Position numbers and translations under genes: made by a program
From: Spartobacteria bacterium UBA695
GTDB lineage: Bacteria; Verrucomicrobiota; Verrucomicrobiia; Chthoniobacterales; Chthoniobacteraceae
NCBI GenBank assembly: GCA_002298145.1
Contig: DBMP01000015.1
Span: 276,702-300,701 of the forward strand
Length of the DNA stretch: 24,000 nucleotides
Reading direction: 5' to 3'
Notes under the pieces: model-generated
What the model saw: the letters and a program-made list of their open reading frames with translations, nothing else
Told to the model about the DNA's origin: nothing
Databases searched by the model: none
Part shown: in pieces, positions 1 to 9,209 of the stretch
Layout: each line of letters opens with the position of its first letter
Position numbering within the stretch: position 1 is the first letter of the stretch

Positions 1-492
1 TCCCTCCGCTTTGCCACTGATATCTGGCGCGGGCTTTGGCGCCGCAATTTTTGGCACGACGAAAAGCCGGAGTTGCGAATCACGGGCCTTGGGAATTTCC
101 TCCCGGGCGCTGGTGTCGCCCCAGATGCCGCCCGTCATGCCAAACTCCATGTTGGACTGCCCGGAACAAACCCACACGTCGCCCACAAGAACGTCATGCA
201 AGATAACGGTGTTCTTGCCAATAACCGTTAGCTCCACAGCGGTGCCGGGATCCGCAAGCCGCCCCAGCAGGACCTTCCATTTCCCATCCGGCCCGGTGAT
301 CGTGGAAGCGCTCACCGAACCCACGCTCACCGTGACCTTTTCATCGGGGTCCGCCCACCCCCAAACAGGCAGCGTGCTTTCCCGTTGAAGCACCATGTGA
401 TCACCGAAGATGCGCGGGAGGCGGACGTCTGCTTTCACCACGCCACTCGATGCGAAAATGAGCGCGGTGGCGATGAATGCTGAATGTTTCAT
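1..492 (-). CDS. Sialate O-acetylesterase-like SGNH carbohydrate esterase, secreted (N-terminal part only; gene runs off the left edge)
   Basis: Absent from the ORF track because it has no stop in the window. Reverse-strand translation from the ATG at 492-490 gives MKHSAFIATALIFASSGVVKADVRLPRIFGDHMVLQRESTLPVWGWADPDEKVTVSVG...DVLVGDVWVCSGQSNMEFGM. This is a signal peptide followed by the LPxIFxDHMVLQR and GQSNME blocks characteristic of this esterase family. The listed + ORF 11..388 is its antisense shadow. Confidence 0.8.
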   Translation of the reverse strand, partial: MKHSAFIATALIFASSGVVKADVRLPRIFGDHMVLQRESTLPVWGWADPDEKVTVSVGSVSASTITGPDGKWKVLLGRLADPGTAVELTVIGKNTVILHDVLVGDVWVCSGQSNMEFGMTGGIWGDTSAREEIPKARDSQLRLFVVPKIAAPKPAPDISGKAEG

Positions 493-503
493 AACCAGAC
501 AGT

Positions 504-3500
504 TCAAAGTTCGGCATCCAACCGAAGCGTGATGATCTCGAAAGGTGTAATATTTAGCATTACCCGCCCATTGTTCAATTCGAGCTGCTCGATCGGGTTT
601 TCAAGCAAGTCGGCGCGACTGATGGATCTCACCGGCAGCGTTGTATGGAAACAAACGGGACCGCGCGCTCCACGGGCTTCGTAGAGGCGAACGATGAGGC
701 TGGAGCCGTCCTCGCTCCGCTTGATCGTCTCGATCATGACGCCCGCGCTGCCCGTTTCGAAAAACGACTGCGTAGCAGCCAGCATACCTGATTTTACCGG
801 CAATGGGGTTACTATTGGCGAGACATTGAGCTGATAAGCCTCTTCGATCACGCGGCCTTCGGCCAAATCGCCCCGATGGGGAAGCAGCGAGTAGGTAAAC
901 TGATGGGATCCCCTGTCAGCCGTGGGGTCCGGACTGGTCGAAGACCGCAGGAGGCTCAGGCTGATCACATTCCCGTGAATATCATAGCCGTATTTGCAAT
1001 CATTGAGCAGCGCCACCCCGTACCCGGTTTCGGAGAGGTCGGCCCATTTGTGAGCGCACACTTCGAAACGGGCCACGTCCCAACTCGTGTTATAATGCGT
1101 CGGGCGCTCAATATGGCCGAACTGCGTTTCGTACGTTGCCCGGCTGGAATGAACATCAACGGGGAAGGCCACCCGTAGGAGCTTATTCCGCTCCTGCCAA
1201 TCCACCGAGGTCTCAAAGTCAATTCGCTTCGAACCAGCCTTCAGGACGATCGCCTGTACCAGCTTGGAGTTTCCAAAACTTCTCTCCACACGGACAACGC
1301 CCCGCAGCGGTCCGGATTCAAGGATGGCGATCCGGTCCGCCATGCGCAGATTTTTCACCTGCTCCTTATAGTAAATGTCGATGTCCCAGGCGTCGTTCAG
1401 CGAATGATTGGAGTCCGGATGAAGTTGAAGAAGATTCCCTTCGCATCCTGGCGCGATGACCTCTCTGCCGTTTGTTTCCAGATCGGTAACACTCCGTAAC
1501 AGACCCTCGCGGGTAATACACAGGCGAATCAGCCCATTTTCCATCACCACCACTCCATCTCGCTCGTGGACGGAAACCGGCGCCACCGTTTCGGGCGTTT
1601 GAAAAGCCGCGGGTTCGGCCTCGTCCACGATCCGGTATCCGCAAGCGGGCAGATCAACCACCAACGGCTTTCCATGCAGCTCGATCAATTCACGCCGTTC
1701 GAACCCCAGGGTATTGAAAATCTGAACCGGCTTTTGGAATCGCGAGGTGTCGATCGTTCCATTCAAGGCATCCAATGATGACCGAATGACGGAATCGCCT
1801 AGTTCCTTAATTGTTTGATAATCCCTGGTACTATCTTCATATACCCACTGAATGGACGATCCGGGAATGATATCGTGAAATTGATTAAGGAGCAGAAGTT
1901 TCCACGCCCGCTCCAATGCATGGGCATGCCGGTGCGGATCTTTTGCGTCGATCCCAGTGACATCATAAATGGCACGCGCGGGATCGGCGGCGGATTCTAC
2001 CCGGTCCTTCACTAGCACCGCACTTAACGTATCAAAAAGCTCCGCGTCGCGCAGGAGAAACTCTCCCCGGCGATTGGCACGTTTGTTCCGGGCATGGGTC
2101 GTGTACGTGCCGCGATGAAATTCAAGATAGAGCTCGCCAACCCAGACGGGCAAATCGCGGACATCGGCTTTGGCTTTGCCGGAGAATGCTGCCACTTTTT
2201 CCAGTTTCAGCTTCGGCAAGCCATCCAGATTTTGCATCCGTTTGGCCTGTTCCAGCATCGTCACCGTCGGACCGCCGCCGCCATCACCAAATCCAAACAA
2301 ATAGAGCGACCGGCTTGCATGCCCATGTTCTTTGAAGTTTGAAACATTATAGAGCAGCTCCTTCGGGCTCATTCGCCCGCTATAGGTATCGGCGGGAGGG
2401 AAGTGACTGAAGATCCGCGTTCCATCAATGCCCTCCCAAAGAAAGGTATGATGCGGGAATTTGTTAAACTGGCTCCATGAGATCTTCTGGGTCACAAATA
2501 GGTCGATGCCACATCCGCGGTAGATTTGCGGCAGCGCGGCGGAATACCCAAAGACATCCGGCAGCCAGGCGTCGCGGGTCTCGTAACCGAATTCTTCTTT
2601 GAAAAAGCGTTTGCCGTAGATGAGTTGACGGATGAGCGATTCGCCGGAAGTCAGGTTGCAATCGGCCTCCACCCACATCGAGCCGATGGGTTCCCACTGC
2701 CCCCGCTTCACCTGGTCGCGAATGCCTTCGTAGATCGCGGGATAGAAATGTTTCATCCACGCGTATTGCTGTGCTTGGGAACATCCGAAAACATAGTCGG
2801 GATAGCGCTCCATGTAGTCCAGAGCCGTGGAAAACGTCCGGGCACATTTGCGGATGGTCTCCCTCAAAGGCCAGAGCCACGCTGTGTCGATATGCGCGTG
2901 CCCCACGGCCGAAAGCTGGTGAACCGTGTCGCCGTTCTTCTTCGAAAGCACCTCTTTAAGCGCCTCGCGGGCCGGTGCGATCGTGCAGCTATCCGCCACA
3001 TCGAGAGCGTTCAATGATTCGTTGAGCGCATAGCGAAGTTCGGCGCGACGCTGGCTATCGGCGGGCAACGCTAGCATTAACTCCATGGCCACCTTATAGT
3101 CGTAATAGTAATCGAACGCCTCCCGGTCGACTGAGGCCAATTCCGCTTGAGCAAGCCGGAAAAGGGGGCCGGATCTTTCAATAATGCCACCGCCGATTCC
3201 GCTACGATCGACGATATTCGCAGCCGCTTCGACGTAAAACTCAAACGACTCACCGCCCTCGGCGCAACGGGTTATCTCAATGTCGTCGCGGTTCGCATTG
3301 AGCGCGCGATAAACCTCGCCATCCCGATAAATCAAGCCCTCGGCGGTGAACCCCTCGCCCTCTCCGAGGTGATCCGTCAGTCGCATCAGCACCACGACTT
3401 CCTGCCCGGCCCAAACCTTCGGAACCCGCCCGCGCACCCGGAACCAAGCCGTGTCCCACTGGGGGCCCCACGCGTCACCGACAGCGAAAGGCGTATACGC

Positions 3501-3650
3501 AGCTTCCAGCGCCGCCTGCAACGGCACCGGTTCCCCACCCACGGGCCACATGGCCAGTCCGACTGGCGCTTTGAGCGGATGAATAAGCGCATCAATGTAA
3601 GCCAAGGCGTTAACGATGCGGTCTTCGGTCAATTTGGGATGTTTAATCAT
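504..3650 (-). CDS. Glycoside hydrolase family 38 alpha-mannosidase (cytoplasmic, 1048 aa)
   Basis: Long uninterrupted ORF. It has the GH38 catalytic-region signature GHAHIDTAWLWPLRETIRKCARTF...GQWEPIGSMWVEADCNLTSGESLIRQ. Size and architecture resemble MngB/AmsI-type enzymes, and there is no signal peptide. Confidence 0.93.
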   Translation of the reverse strand: MIKHPKLTEDRIVNALAYIDALIHPLKAPVGLAMWPVGGEPVPLQAALEAAYTPFAVGDAWGPQWDTAWFRVRGRVPKVWAGQEVVVLMRLTDHLGEGEGFTAEGLIYRDGEVYRALNANRDDIEITRCAEGGESFEFYVEAAANIVDRSGIGGGIIERSGPLFRLAQAELASVDREAFDYYYDYKVAMELMLALPADSQRRAELRYALNESLNALDVADSCTIAPAREALKEVLSKKNGDTVHQLSAVGHAHIDTAWLWPLRETIRKCARTFSTALDYMERYPDYVFGCSQAQQYAWMKHFYPAIYEGIRDQVKRGQWEPIGSMWVEADCNLTSGESLIRQLIYGKRFFKEEFGYETRDAWLPDVFGYSAALPQIYRGCGIDLFVTQKISWSQFNKFPHHTFLWEGIDGTRIFSHFPPADTYSGRMSPKELLYNVSNFKEHGHASRSLYLFGFGDGGGGPTVTMLEQAKRMQNLDGLPKLKLEKVAAFSGKAKADVRDLPVWVGELYLEFHRGTYTTHARNKRANRRGEFLLRDAELFDTLSAVLVKDRVESAADPARAIYDVTGIDAKDPHRHAHALERAWKLLLLNQFHDIIPGSSIQWVYEDSTRDYQTIKELGDSVIRSSLDALNGTIDTSRFQKPVQIFNTLGFERRELIELHGKPLVVDLPACGYRIVDEAEPAAFQTPETVAPVSVHERDGVVVMENGLIRLCITREGLLRSVTDLETNGREVIAPGCEGNLLQLHPDSNHSLNDAWDIDIYYKEQVKNLRMADRIAILESGPLRGVVRVERSFGNSKLVQAIVLKAGSKRIDFETSVDWQERNKLLRVAFPVDVHSSRATYETQFGHIERPTHYNTSWDVARFEVCAHKWADLSETGYGVALLNDCKYGYDIHGNVISLSLLRSSTSPDPTADRGSHQFTYSLLPHRGDLAEGRVIEEAYQLNVSPIVTPLPVKSGMLAATQSFFETGSAGVMIETIKRSEDGSSLIVRLYEARGARGPVCFHTTLPVRSISRADLLENPIEQLELNNGRVMLNITPFEIITLRLDAEL

Positions 3651-3679
3651 GAAGGGTATTATTGGTTATGCACAAGGCT

Positions 3680-5542
3680 TTAGCTTTCGGATGCCGGGTA
3701 GCGGATTTCCCAGCCTTCGTCGGTAGCGCTCAATTCTTCAATGAGCATTCCGCCACGGTACATTCCTGAAACGGTCGCACGGCCAGAAAGCGGCACCTTA
3801 AAAGAGACGTTCCACTTTGGCGGCCACGTCGGGAGAAGGTAGACTTCATTACCGACCTTCTGGCACACCATTTTTTGCAACGTGATCATCCCAGTGCTTC
3901 CACGGCGCATTTCGGAAATCGAATCGCCATCCGGCCTGCGCAAGCCATCGGACCGCTCCCCTGCGCAACCGCTCGAAAAGATCGTCTTCAAGGCCTCGGC
4001 AGCCTCCGCCTCCAAGCCCAGGCACGCAGCCTGAATTCCATCCGGCCTACAGCCTCCTGCGTCCTTGTAAATACGGGCATCGAAGATCCGTTTGCCACGC
4101 TCATCTTCCAGCACTGGAAGCGCGGGCAGGGCTGCGCGCATTTTTTTCCAGCTCTGGCGTTCCCGCGCAGAGATGGAAGCACTATGCACCGAAAGCAGCC
4201 CTTCCAGCATACACGCAAGCCCGGCGATGTCAGGCAGCCTGGAGGCAGCGCTAAAACATCCGCCGGGCTGGGTATAGAGCTTGCGGAAAAAGGTGAACAC
4301 CGCGCGCGCCATCGGCAGAAGAGTGTCATCCAAAAAACGTTTTTCACCGACCGCCTTGTGGTAATCCAACATCAACAGCGATAGCTCCAGGCTACTAGTC
4401 CAGCAATTCCGGAAACAGGGATTGCCGCTGTCCGCAGGCGATACGTCCTCGTGGTCAAACCACGTTTTGGGGGTAAACTCGGGCAGCGGAAGCATCTCAT
4501 CGTAATCACCGGCTCCGAGCATCGCCCAGTAAGCCAGCCGCGTGTTCTCAAAACGGTATGCGCCACCCCGGCAACGGTTATCGCCGTGATCCGGACCGAA
4601 TGGATTTAGCGCAATCCCGGAGGCCAACCGATGCCGTTGCCAAATGTAGCCATCATTAATCTTTTGGGCCTCTGGAAATCCGCTCAGCACAATCCAGCTC
4701 CGGCTCCAGAAACGCTGCCACCATGCCGCATGCGCGTTCCAGGTCGCAGCGGCATCGAGCGCGAGCAACTTCTGAAACATGGCGCTCAGATCGCTTTTCC
4801 ATGAGGCAACCTCCGGGGACTGAGCCGCGTGGATAACGACGAACACCCGGGATGCTTTGGCTGGAACTTCCGAAGCCACGGAATGCCTGGAATCGCGCTT
4901 CAACCCAGGCCCGCCGAGGCATCCGCCAAAGGTCCGAAAAGGAAGCGGATCACGCACTTGCCCAAGCGCCTTCGCTTCGCATTCGTCTTCGCAAACGGAC
5001 GCCTTGGGGTGGTAATGCCACAGCACCGTGTCCTTAACACCTTGAAATTCGACGTCTCCCAATAGCCTTTTTGCAGAGCGCCCACAAACGACCTCCCCAT
5101 GCATGTCGAATGCCGATCCTCCCTCAGATTCAACGACAATCGCTGGATGATTCGCATCCACCCGAATGCGCATTGAAAAATTTTCGTGAGCAGAGAAAAT
5201 TCGCACTGAGGAATCGTCGGGCCGAATTTCGAATTTCGTATCGCGGGCGGTCAGCGACGCAGGCTCGGTCCCTATCCGAATTTCGCCAACCCGTACCAAC
5301 CAGCCATTAGCGTCCCATGCATCCCGCTTGGAAATAGATAACCAGACCGCTCCGTTCGTCTCAAGCCATACGTTCGTAACGATGTCGCCATTCCCCAACG
5401 ACACACTCTCCGCGGAGGATCGCCCCGCACCGGTCCAAACAACCCGTGCGGCGCGCGCGGCAGCCAGCCCCTCTTCGGCTTGTTCTTCCGAAGAATTCTC
5501 CGCACCAACGTTCAATCCGGAATACTGGGTCATATTGATCAA
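3680..5542 (-). CDS. Putative glycoside-hydrolase-like protein (DUF5703 / GH95-N-terminal-like), cytoplasmic, 620 aa
   Basis: 620-aa ORF located 29 nt upstream of the GH38 gene. The N-terminal block SLGNGDIVTNVWLETNGAVWLSISKRDAWDANGWLVRVGEIRI resembles, from memory, the LGNGDxGxNVW...DAW motif of DUF5703/GH95-like N-domains. The C-terminal half is helix-rich. The coding call is solid; the function is tentative. Confidence 0.6.
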   Translation of the reverse strand: MINMTQYSGLNVGAENSSEEQAEEGLAAARAARVVWTGAGRSSAESVSLGNGDIVTNVWLETNGAVWLSISKRDAWDANGWLVRVGEIRIGTEPASLTARDTKFEIRPDDSSVRIFSAHENFSMRIRVDANHPAIVVESEGGSAFDMHGEVVCGRSAKRLLGDVEFQGVKDTVLWHYHPKASVCEDECEAKALGQVRDPLPFRTFGGCLGGPGLKRDSRHSVASEVPAKASRVFVVIHAAQSPEVASWKSDLSAMFQKLLALDAAATWNAHAAWWQRFWSRSWIVLSGFPEAQKINDGYIWQRHRLASGIALNPFGPDHGDNRCRGGAYRFENTRLAYWAMLGAGDYDEMLPLPEFTPKTWFDHEDVSPADSGNPCFRNCWTSSLELSLLMLDYHKAVGEKRFLDDTLLPMARAVFTFFRKLYTQPGGCFSAASRLPDIAGLACMLEGLLSVHSASISARERQSWKKMRAALPALPVLEDERGKRIFDARIYKDAGGCRPDGIQAACLGLEAEAAEALKTIFSSGCAGERSDGLRRPDGDSISEMRRGSTGMITLQKMVCQKVGNEVYLLPTWPPKWNVSFKVPLSGRATVSGMYRGGMLIEELSATDEGWEIRYPASES

Positions 5543-5570
5543 CCTGACGGTTTGATGATTTCGCTATCGG

Positions 5571-6944
5571 CTATTCCGGCGCGACGTAGTGTTCAGGCCC
5601 GCCCAAAGCCATAAACTTCGAATGGAGCGCGATCAGTAGAGCCAGCGACACAAACGCAACGACTGAACCGGCATAAAATGTATAGCTATAGTTATGGCTG
5701 GTATAATCCAGGAGCCAACCCACCGACGGCCCTTGGAGAATGCCGAGAAGGCTCCCGATGATCCCTCCCGCAGAGGCGAGTTCCGCGAACCGGGCACTTG
5801 GCAGCAAGCGTTGCCCCAGCGAAGCCGTGACGGTAAAATACGTTCCCGAAATAACCCCATGGGCGACGAGCGCGGCCCCATAGAGCCCCGGGGTGTGCGC
5901 GAAGGCTCCGCTGCACAGCGCCACCACGCCGTAAATGCCCATCATCACCATGCCCATGCGCAAAGGGTGAAAGCGATCGGCCAACGCGCCGAGCGGATAG
6001 GCCAAAACGAGTGAAATAATATACGTCAACGCCAGACACTTGCCATAGGCCTCCGTGCCCATACCTACCGCCGCCGCATAAAAGATGCTGAAAAGATTGA
6101 CGGGGCCAAAGGCAAGAGCGGCCAATGCCATCGCGATAAAAAATAATACATAGTAGGCATTGCCAAAGCAGTCCCTGAAATAGCCCCTAGTGGCAGCTAC
6201 CGCGCCGTGACGAGCCGCAGCAGGGGCTTCCGGAGGATACTCGCCCTCCTTTACCCTCAGACACATCAGCCCGAAGCCCACGCCGTAAAGCAGGCCAAAG
6301 CCAGCAAAGATCTCGACGTAAGCCGTCCGGGCGTGTTTGAGCAAATAGTAGTTGAACAAAATGCCCGCGATCAGCCCCAGGGCCCGGAACAGCCCGTAGA
6401 AACGCCCAATCACCCGGCGCGGAACGACGTCATTTACCAGGCCGCCAAATAGCCCCGTCGCCGTGATGCTTCCAAACTCAAAGGCCCCCCATGACAGCCC
6501 GAGCGCCACGATAACCCACGCGTTCTCCCCAACCGACCCGAACAGGCGGTGCAGGCTCGCACCAATCTGCGGGCTGAACGCCAACCCCAGCATCCCCACG
6601 ACCGTCACGGGGGTCATGAGGAGCAGAAAAGGAATCCGCCTTCCCCAGCGACCGCGGTGCCGGTCGGATTTATAGCTGATAATGGGGCTGAAGATCAGGC
6701 CGATAAACGCCGGTATCGAGCTGAGCAAGATTCCCGTGGTCAGGTCCGAGGCGCCAAACGCTTTCAGTAAGATTTGCAGGATGGGCGGCACCGCACGGTC
6801 CTTCATTGACCAGGCAAAGTCGCCCCAAAGCAACCAACAGAACAGCGCGATCAATCCGCCGGTAGTATACGTCAGCGTGCCGACGGTCCATTTTCGCGGG
6901 CTGGCCGAGGTCTGCGCCTGCTTGGTCTCTTGGTTCTCAGTCAT
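5571..6944 (-). CDS. MFS transporter of the glycoside-pentoside-hexuronide (GPH) type, sugar:cation symporter
   Basis: 457 aa with about 12 hydrophobic segments. The loop 2-3 motif SDRHRGRWGRRIPFLL is typical of GPH/MelB-like symporters. The gene starts 3 nt downstream of the stop of the lyase-like gene. Confidence 0.85.
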   Translation of the reverse strand: MTENQETKQAQTSASPRKWTVGTLTYTTGGLIALFCWLLWGDFAWSMKDRAVPPILQILLKAFGASDLTTGILLSSIPAFIGLIFSPIISYKSDRHRGRWGRRIPFLLLMTPVTVVGMLGLAFSPQIGASLHRLFGSVGENAWVIVALGLSWGAFEFGSITATGLFGGLVNDVVPRRVIGRFYGLFRALGLIAGILFNYYLLKHARTAYVEIFAGFGLLYGVGFGLMCLRVKEGEYPPEAPAAARHGAVAATRGYFRDCFGNAYYVLFFIAMALAALAFGPVNLFSIFYAAAVGMGTEAYGKCLALTYIISLVLAYPLGALADRFHPLRMGMVMMGIYGVVALCSGAFAHTPGLYGAALVAHGVISGTYFTVTASLGQRLLPSARFAELASAGGIIGSLLGILQGPSVGWLLDYTSHNYSYTFYAGSVVAFVSLALLIALHSKFMALGGPEHYVAPE

Positions 6945-6947
6945 GGC

Positions 6948-9125
6948 TTACTGGCCACTAACAATGGCGGCGCGTCCCTCGGATTGGTCTGGAAGGAGTT
7001 CCTTCACCTTCAACCCCAGCTCGCCCGCATATTCAACCGATAGTCGGCGGCGATCACTAAACTCCACGGTCGCGATCTGCTTCACCGCATCCACGCTGAC
7101 CGCTTTTACGGGGTTGGCCTCGCCTGGACGCAAAGGAATTAAGAGCGTTAGCAACGTCTGCGGTCCGGTGCCGGTGCGGGTATGGAGCAACGTCGTGGCG
7201 GGAATATTCCCTTTGCCTACATAGTCGCGGAGCACGTTCCAGCCGAGGAGTTCTGGCGTTTCCTGCGCGGAGACCGCGGCCACCTCCAGGCCCTCGGCAA
7301 GCAATGGAAGCACCGCGAGATTGGCGACCCCATGATCGACGGTAATTAGCGTGTGGGTCGCCGGGTCCAATTGCGTTTTCGTTGTCAAAAGCTGCCAGCG
7401 GGCTTGGTAGCGATGCGGCACGGCATCGGCGGGAACCAAGCGGTCGGCTACGAGATAGAGATCTGGCTTGAGAAAGAGCACTTCGCGCCGCTGGACCGCA
7501 ATGCGGCGGTGCTCCGGCCCGTACCCCTGATCATAAACCCCCGTTGCATAGTCAAACACCGGGGTACTCGTCCAGCAGGCATCAATGGGGCCTTGGCTCA
7601 CCATGTTGGGATCGCGCATCAAGTCGTTCCAGTTAAAGACCCTGGTCTGATCCAGGCCATCTACGATCACACAGTTATGAGAGTAAGTTGAGATGCCCCA
7701 ATCCCGCCATTTGCTCTTTTCGTAGGCGCCCCCACCATTGTTGAACAACAATTCGCGCCCGTAGGCCCAGAGGAGTACATCCAGGCTATCCTGATGCTGG
7801 TGGCCGCCCCCCGCCGGACCAACGCGGAATGCGGCGAGGTTGCCTTGGCGATCCCAGCCGGAGCGCATGACCGCAAACCCGGAGTAGTTAAAGAAGTACG
7901 ACGTTTGCGATGGCTCCCGGCCCTCCTGCCCATCCGTGGCGAGCCAGCGGAAATCCGCCCGGTTTGGGAAATACGCCACAGCCTTTTTGAACGTTCCCTT
8001 GTCCATCCAGGAATCGTTAAACTTCATGGGGAAATAATCCGGCGTGCTCACCCCCATCAGCCAGTCGTAACCTTTCTCAAGGCTCCCGACATAGCCGGGC
8101 GGAAGGTCGGCTTCCCGATCGTTCCATCGCGCGATTTGCACAATTCTTAGCAACGTATCCAGAACGACTTGATGATATCCTGTGGATAGTTCGACCTGAG
8201 CCCCATCGGGCAAAAATTGTTGTTTGACCTGGGTGACCAACTGTTCCAGGGCAAAGCTGCGCCAGTCGGCGGCCTCGCGGAACTCGGGGAACAGGCACCC
8301 CGCGACGTACAAACCGCTCATTTCCGTGGCCAGCCAGTTGAACCGCGAGTGGCAGGCGCGGAGATAGCGGGCGTGGTCGAGAAAAGAGCCCGCCAGGGCC
8401 ATTAGATCGTCATCGCTCATCGACGGCGAATGGAGAAATGCCCAATAGGCATCCGGCCAGGTTTGCCCCATGCGGATCCCCGCTTCGAGCGTTCGCCAGG
8501 TCAGCCCCGGCGATTGCCTGGCGCTACCCGGTGCCGGGCATTGATCGATCCACGAATGCATCTGCCGCACAAACGCCTTGGCATAGGTTTCATCACCGGT
8601 AGCGGTGTAGGCACCGGCCAGCGAAACCCAGAGCCACATCCGGTTTAAATAATACGTCCATTCGTTGTTGGGCGCGTATTCCGGGCTCTGTTCCGTGGCG
8701 TTATAGCTCCAGTCGATCACCCCGTTGGGAAACGCATGCACCGGGGAAACGGCGCCCTTGTTGACCCGGCCTGCGACCGCGTCATCGGCAGCCCCTTTAT
8801 CGAAGCGAAGCCCCACCTTTCGGCTCCCGTCGGGGTTCTCGCGCCAGTGGACATTCCTGCGTTCGCGCAAGTACTTGGCAAACGCCGCCACGGCCGCTGG
8901 CTGATCGTTATTGCGCAACGCTTGCGCCACGGCAGCCAGCTCGGGCCGCGTGAGGTCCAGCGACGCCAGCACATCGCTGGCCGGGGCGCTTTGAAGCGCA
9001 GACGCCACTCCGATCAAACAGGTGACAACGATGACCCATTTTCGAAAGATCAGGGAATGGAAAAGGAAGACCATGGGGAAATATGCGTTCGGGCGAATCT
9101 TGAGTTCAGCAGGCGGGGGAAGCAA
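6948..9125 (-). CDS. Heparinase II/III-like polysaccharide lyase family protein, secreted (725 aa; alternative start at 9074)
   Basis: The N-terminal alginate-lyase-like helical region is followed by a heparinase II/III-like C-domain with GGGHQHQDSLDVLLWAYGRELLFNNGGGAY and YSHNCVIVDG blocks. A signal-peptide-like MVFLFHSLIFRKWVIVVTCLIGVASALQSA begins at the internal ATG at 9074, which may be the true start. Confidence 0.85.
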   Translation of the reverse strand: MLPPPAELKIRPNAYFPMVFLFHSLIFRKWVIVVTCLIGVASALQSAPASDVLASLDLTRPELAAVAQALRNNDQPAAVAAFAKYLRERRNVHWRENPDGSRKVGLRFDKGAADDAVAGRVNKGAVSPVHAFPNGVIDWSYNATEQSPEYAPNNEWTYYLNRMWLWVSLAGAYTATGDETYAKAFVRQMHSWIDQCPAPGSARQSPGLTWRTLEAGIRMGQTWPDAYWAFLHSPSMSDDDLMALAGSFLDHARYLRACHSRFNWLATEMSGLYVAGCLFPEFREAADWRSFALEQLVTQVKQQFLPDGAQVELSTGYHQVVLDTLLRIVQIARWNDREADLPPGYVGSLEKGYDWLMGVSTPDYFPMKFNDSWMDKGTFKKAVAYFPNRADFRWLATDGQEGREPSQTSYFFNYSGFAVMRSGWDRQGNLAAFRVGPAGGGHQHQDSLDVLLWAYGRELLFNNGGGAYEKSKWRDWGISTYSHNCVIVDGLDQTRVFNWNDLMRDPNMVSQGPIDACWTSTPVFDYATGVYDQGYGPEHRRIAVQRREVLFLKPDLYLVADRLVPADAVPHRYQARWQLLTTKTQLDPATHTLITVDHGVANLAVLPLLAEGLEVAAVSAQETPELLGWNVLRDYVGKGNIPATTLLHTRTGTGPQTLLTLLIPLRPGEANPVKAVSVDAVKQIATVEFSDRRRLSVEYAGELGLKVKELLPDQSEGRAAIVSGQ

Positions 9126-9161
9126 CGGTGACTAGTATCGCAGCGATCGGCAGAAGGAACG

Positions 9162-9181
9162 AATGGAAAATCACTTTCATT
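9162..9181. promoter_or_regulatory. Imperfect inverted repeat (AATGgAAA-atcac-TTTCATT) in the divergent lyase/lacI promoter region; candidate LacI-type operator
   Basis: TGAAA/TTTCA-like half-sites read directly in the 84-nt divergent intergenic region. The palindrome is imperfect, with non-canonical spacing and no central CG. Confidence 0.2.
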
Positions 9182-9209
9182 GGAAACGGGCTCGCGGTAT
9201 ATCTGTCGC

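Noticed and set aside
11-388. + strand ORF of 125 aa
   Set aside because: It lies antisense to a much better reverse-strand reading frame with clear sialate-O-acetylesterase/SGNH motifs and a signal peptide. Its own product is Ser/Pro/Thr-rich with no recognisable features. This is a typical high-G+C shadow ORF.
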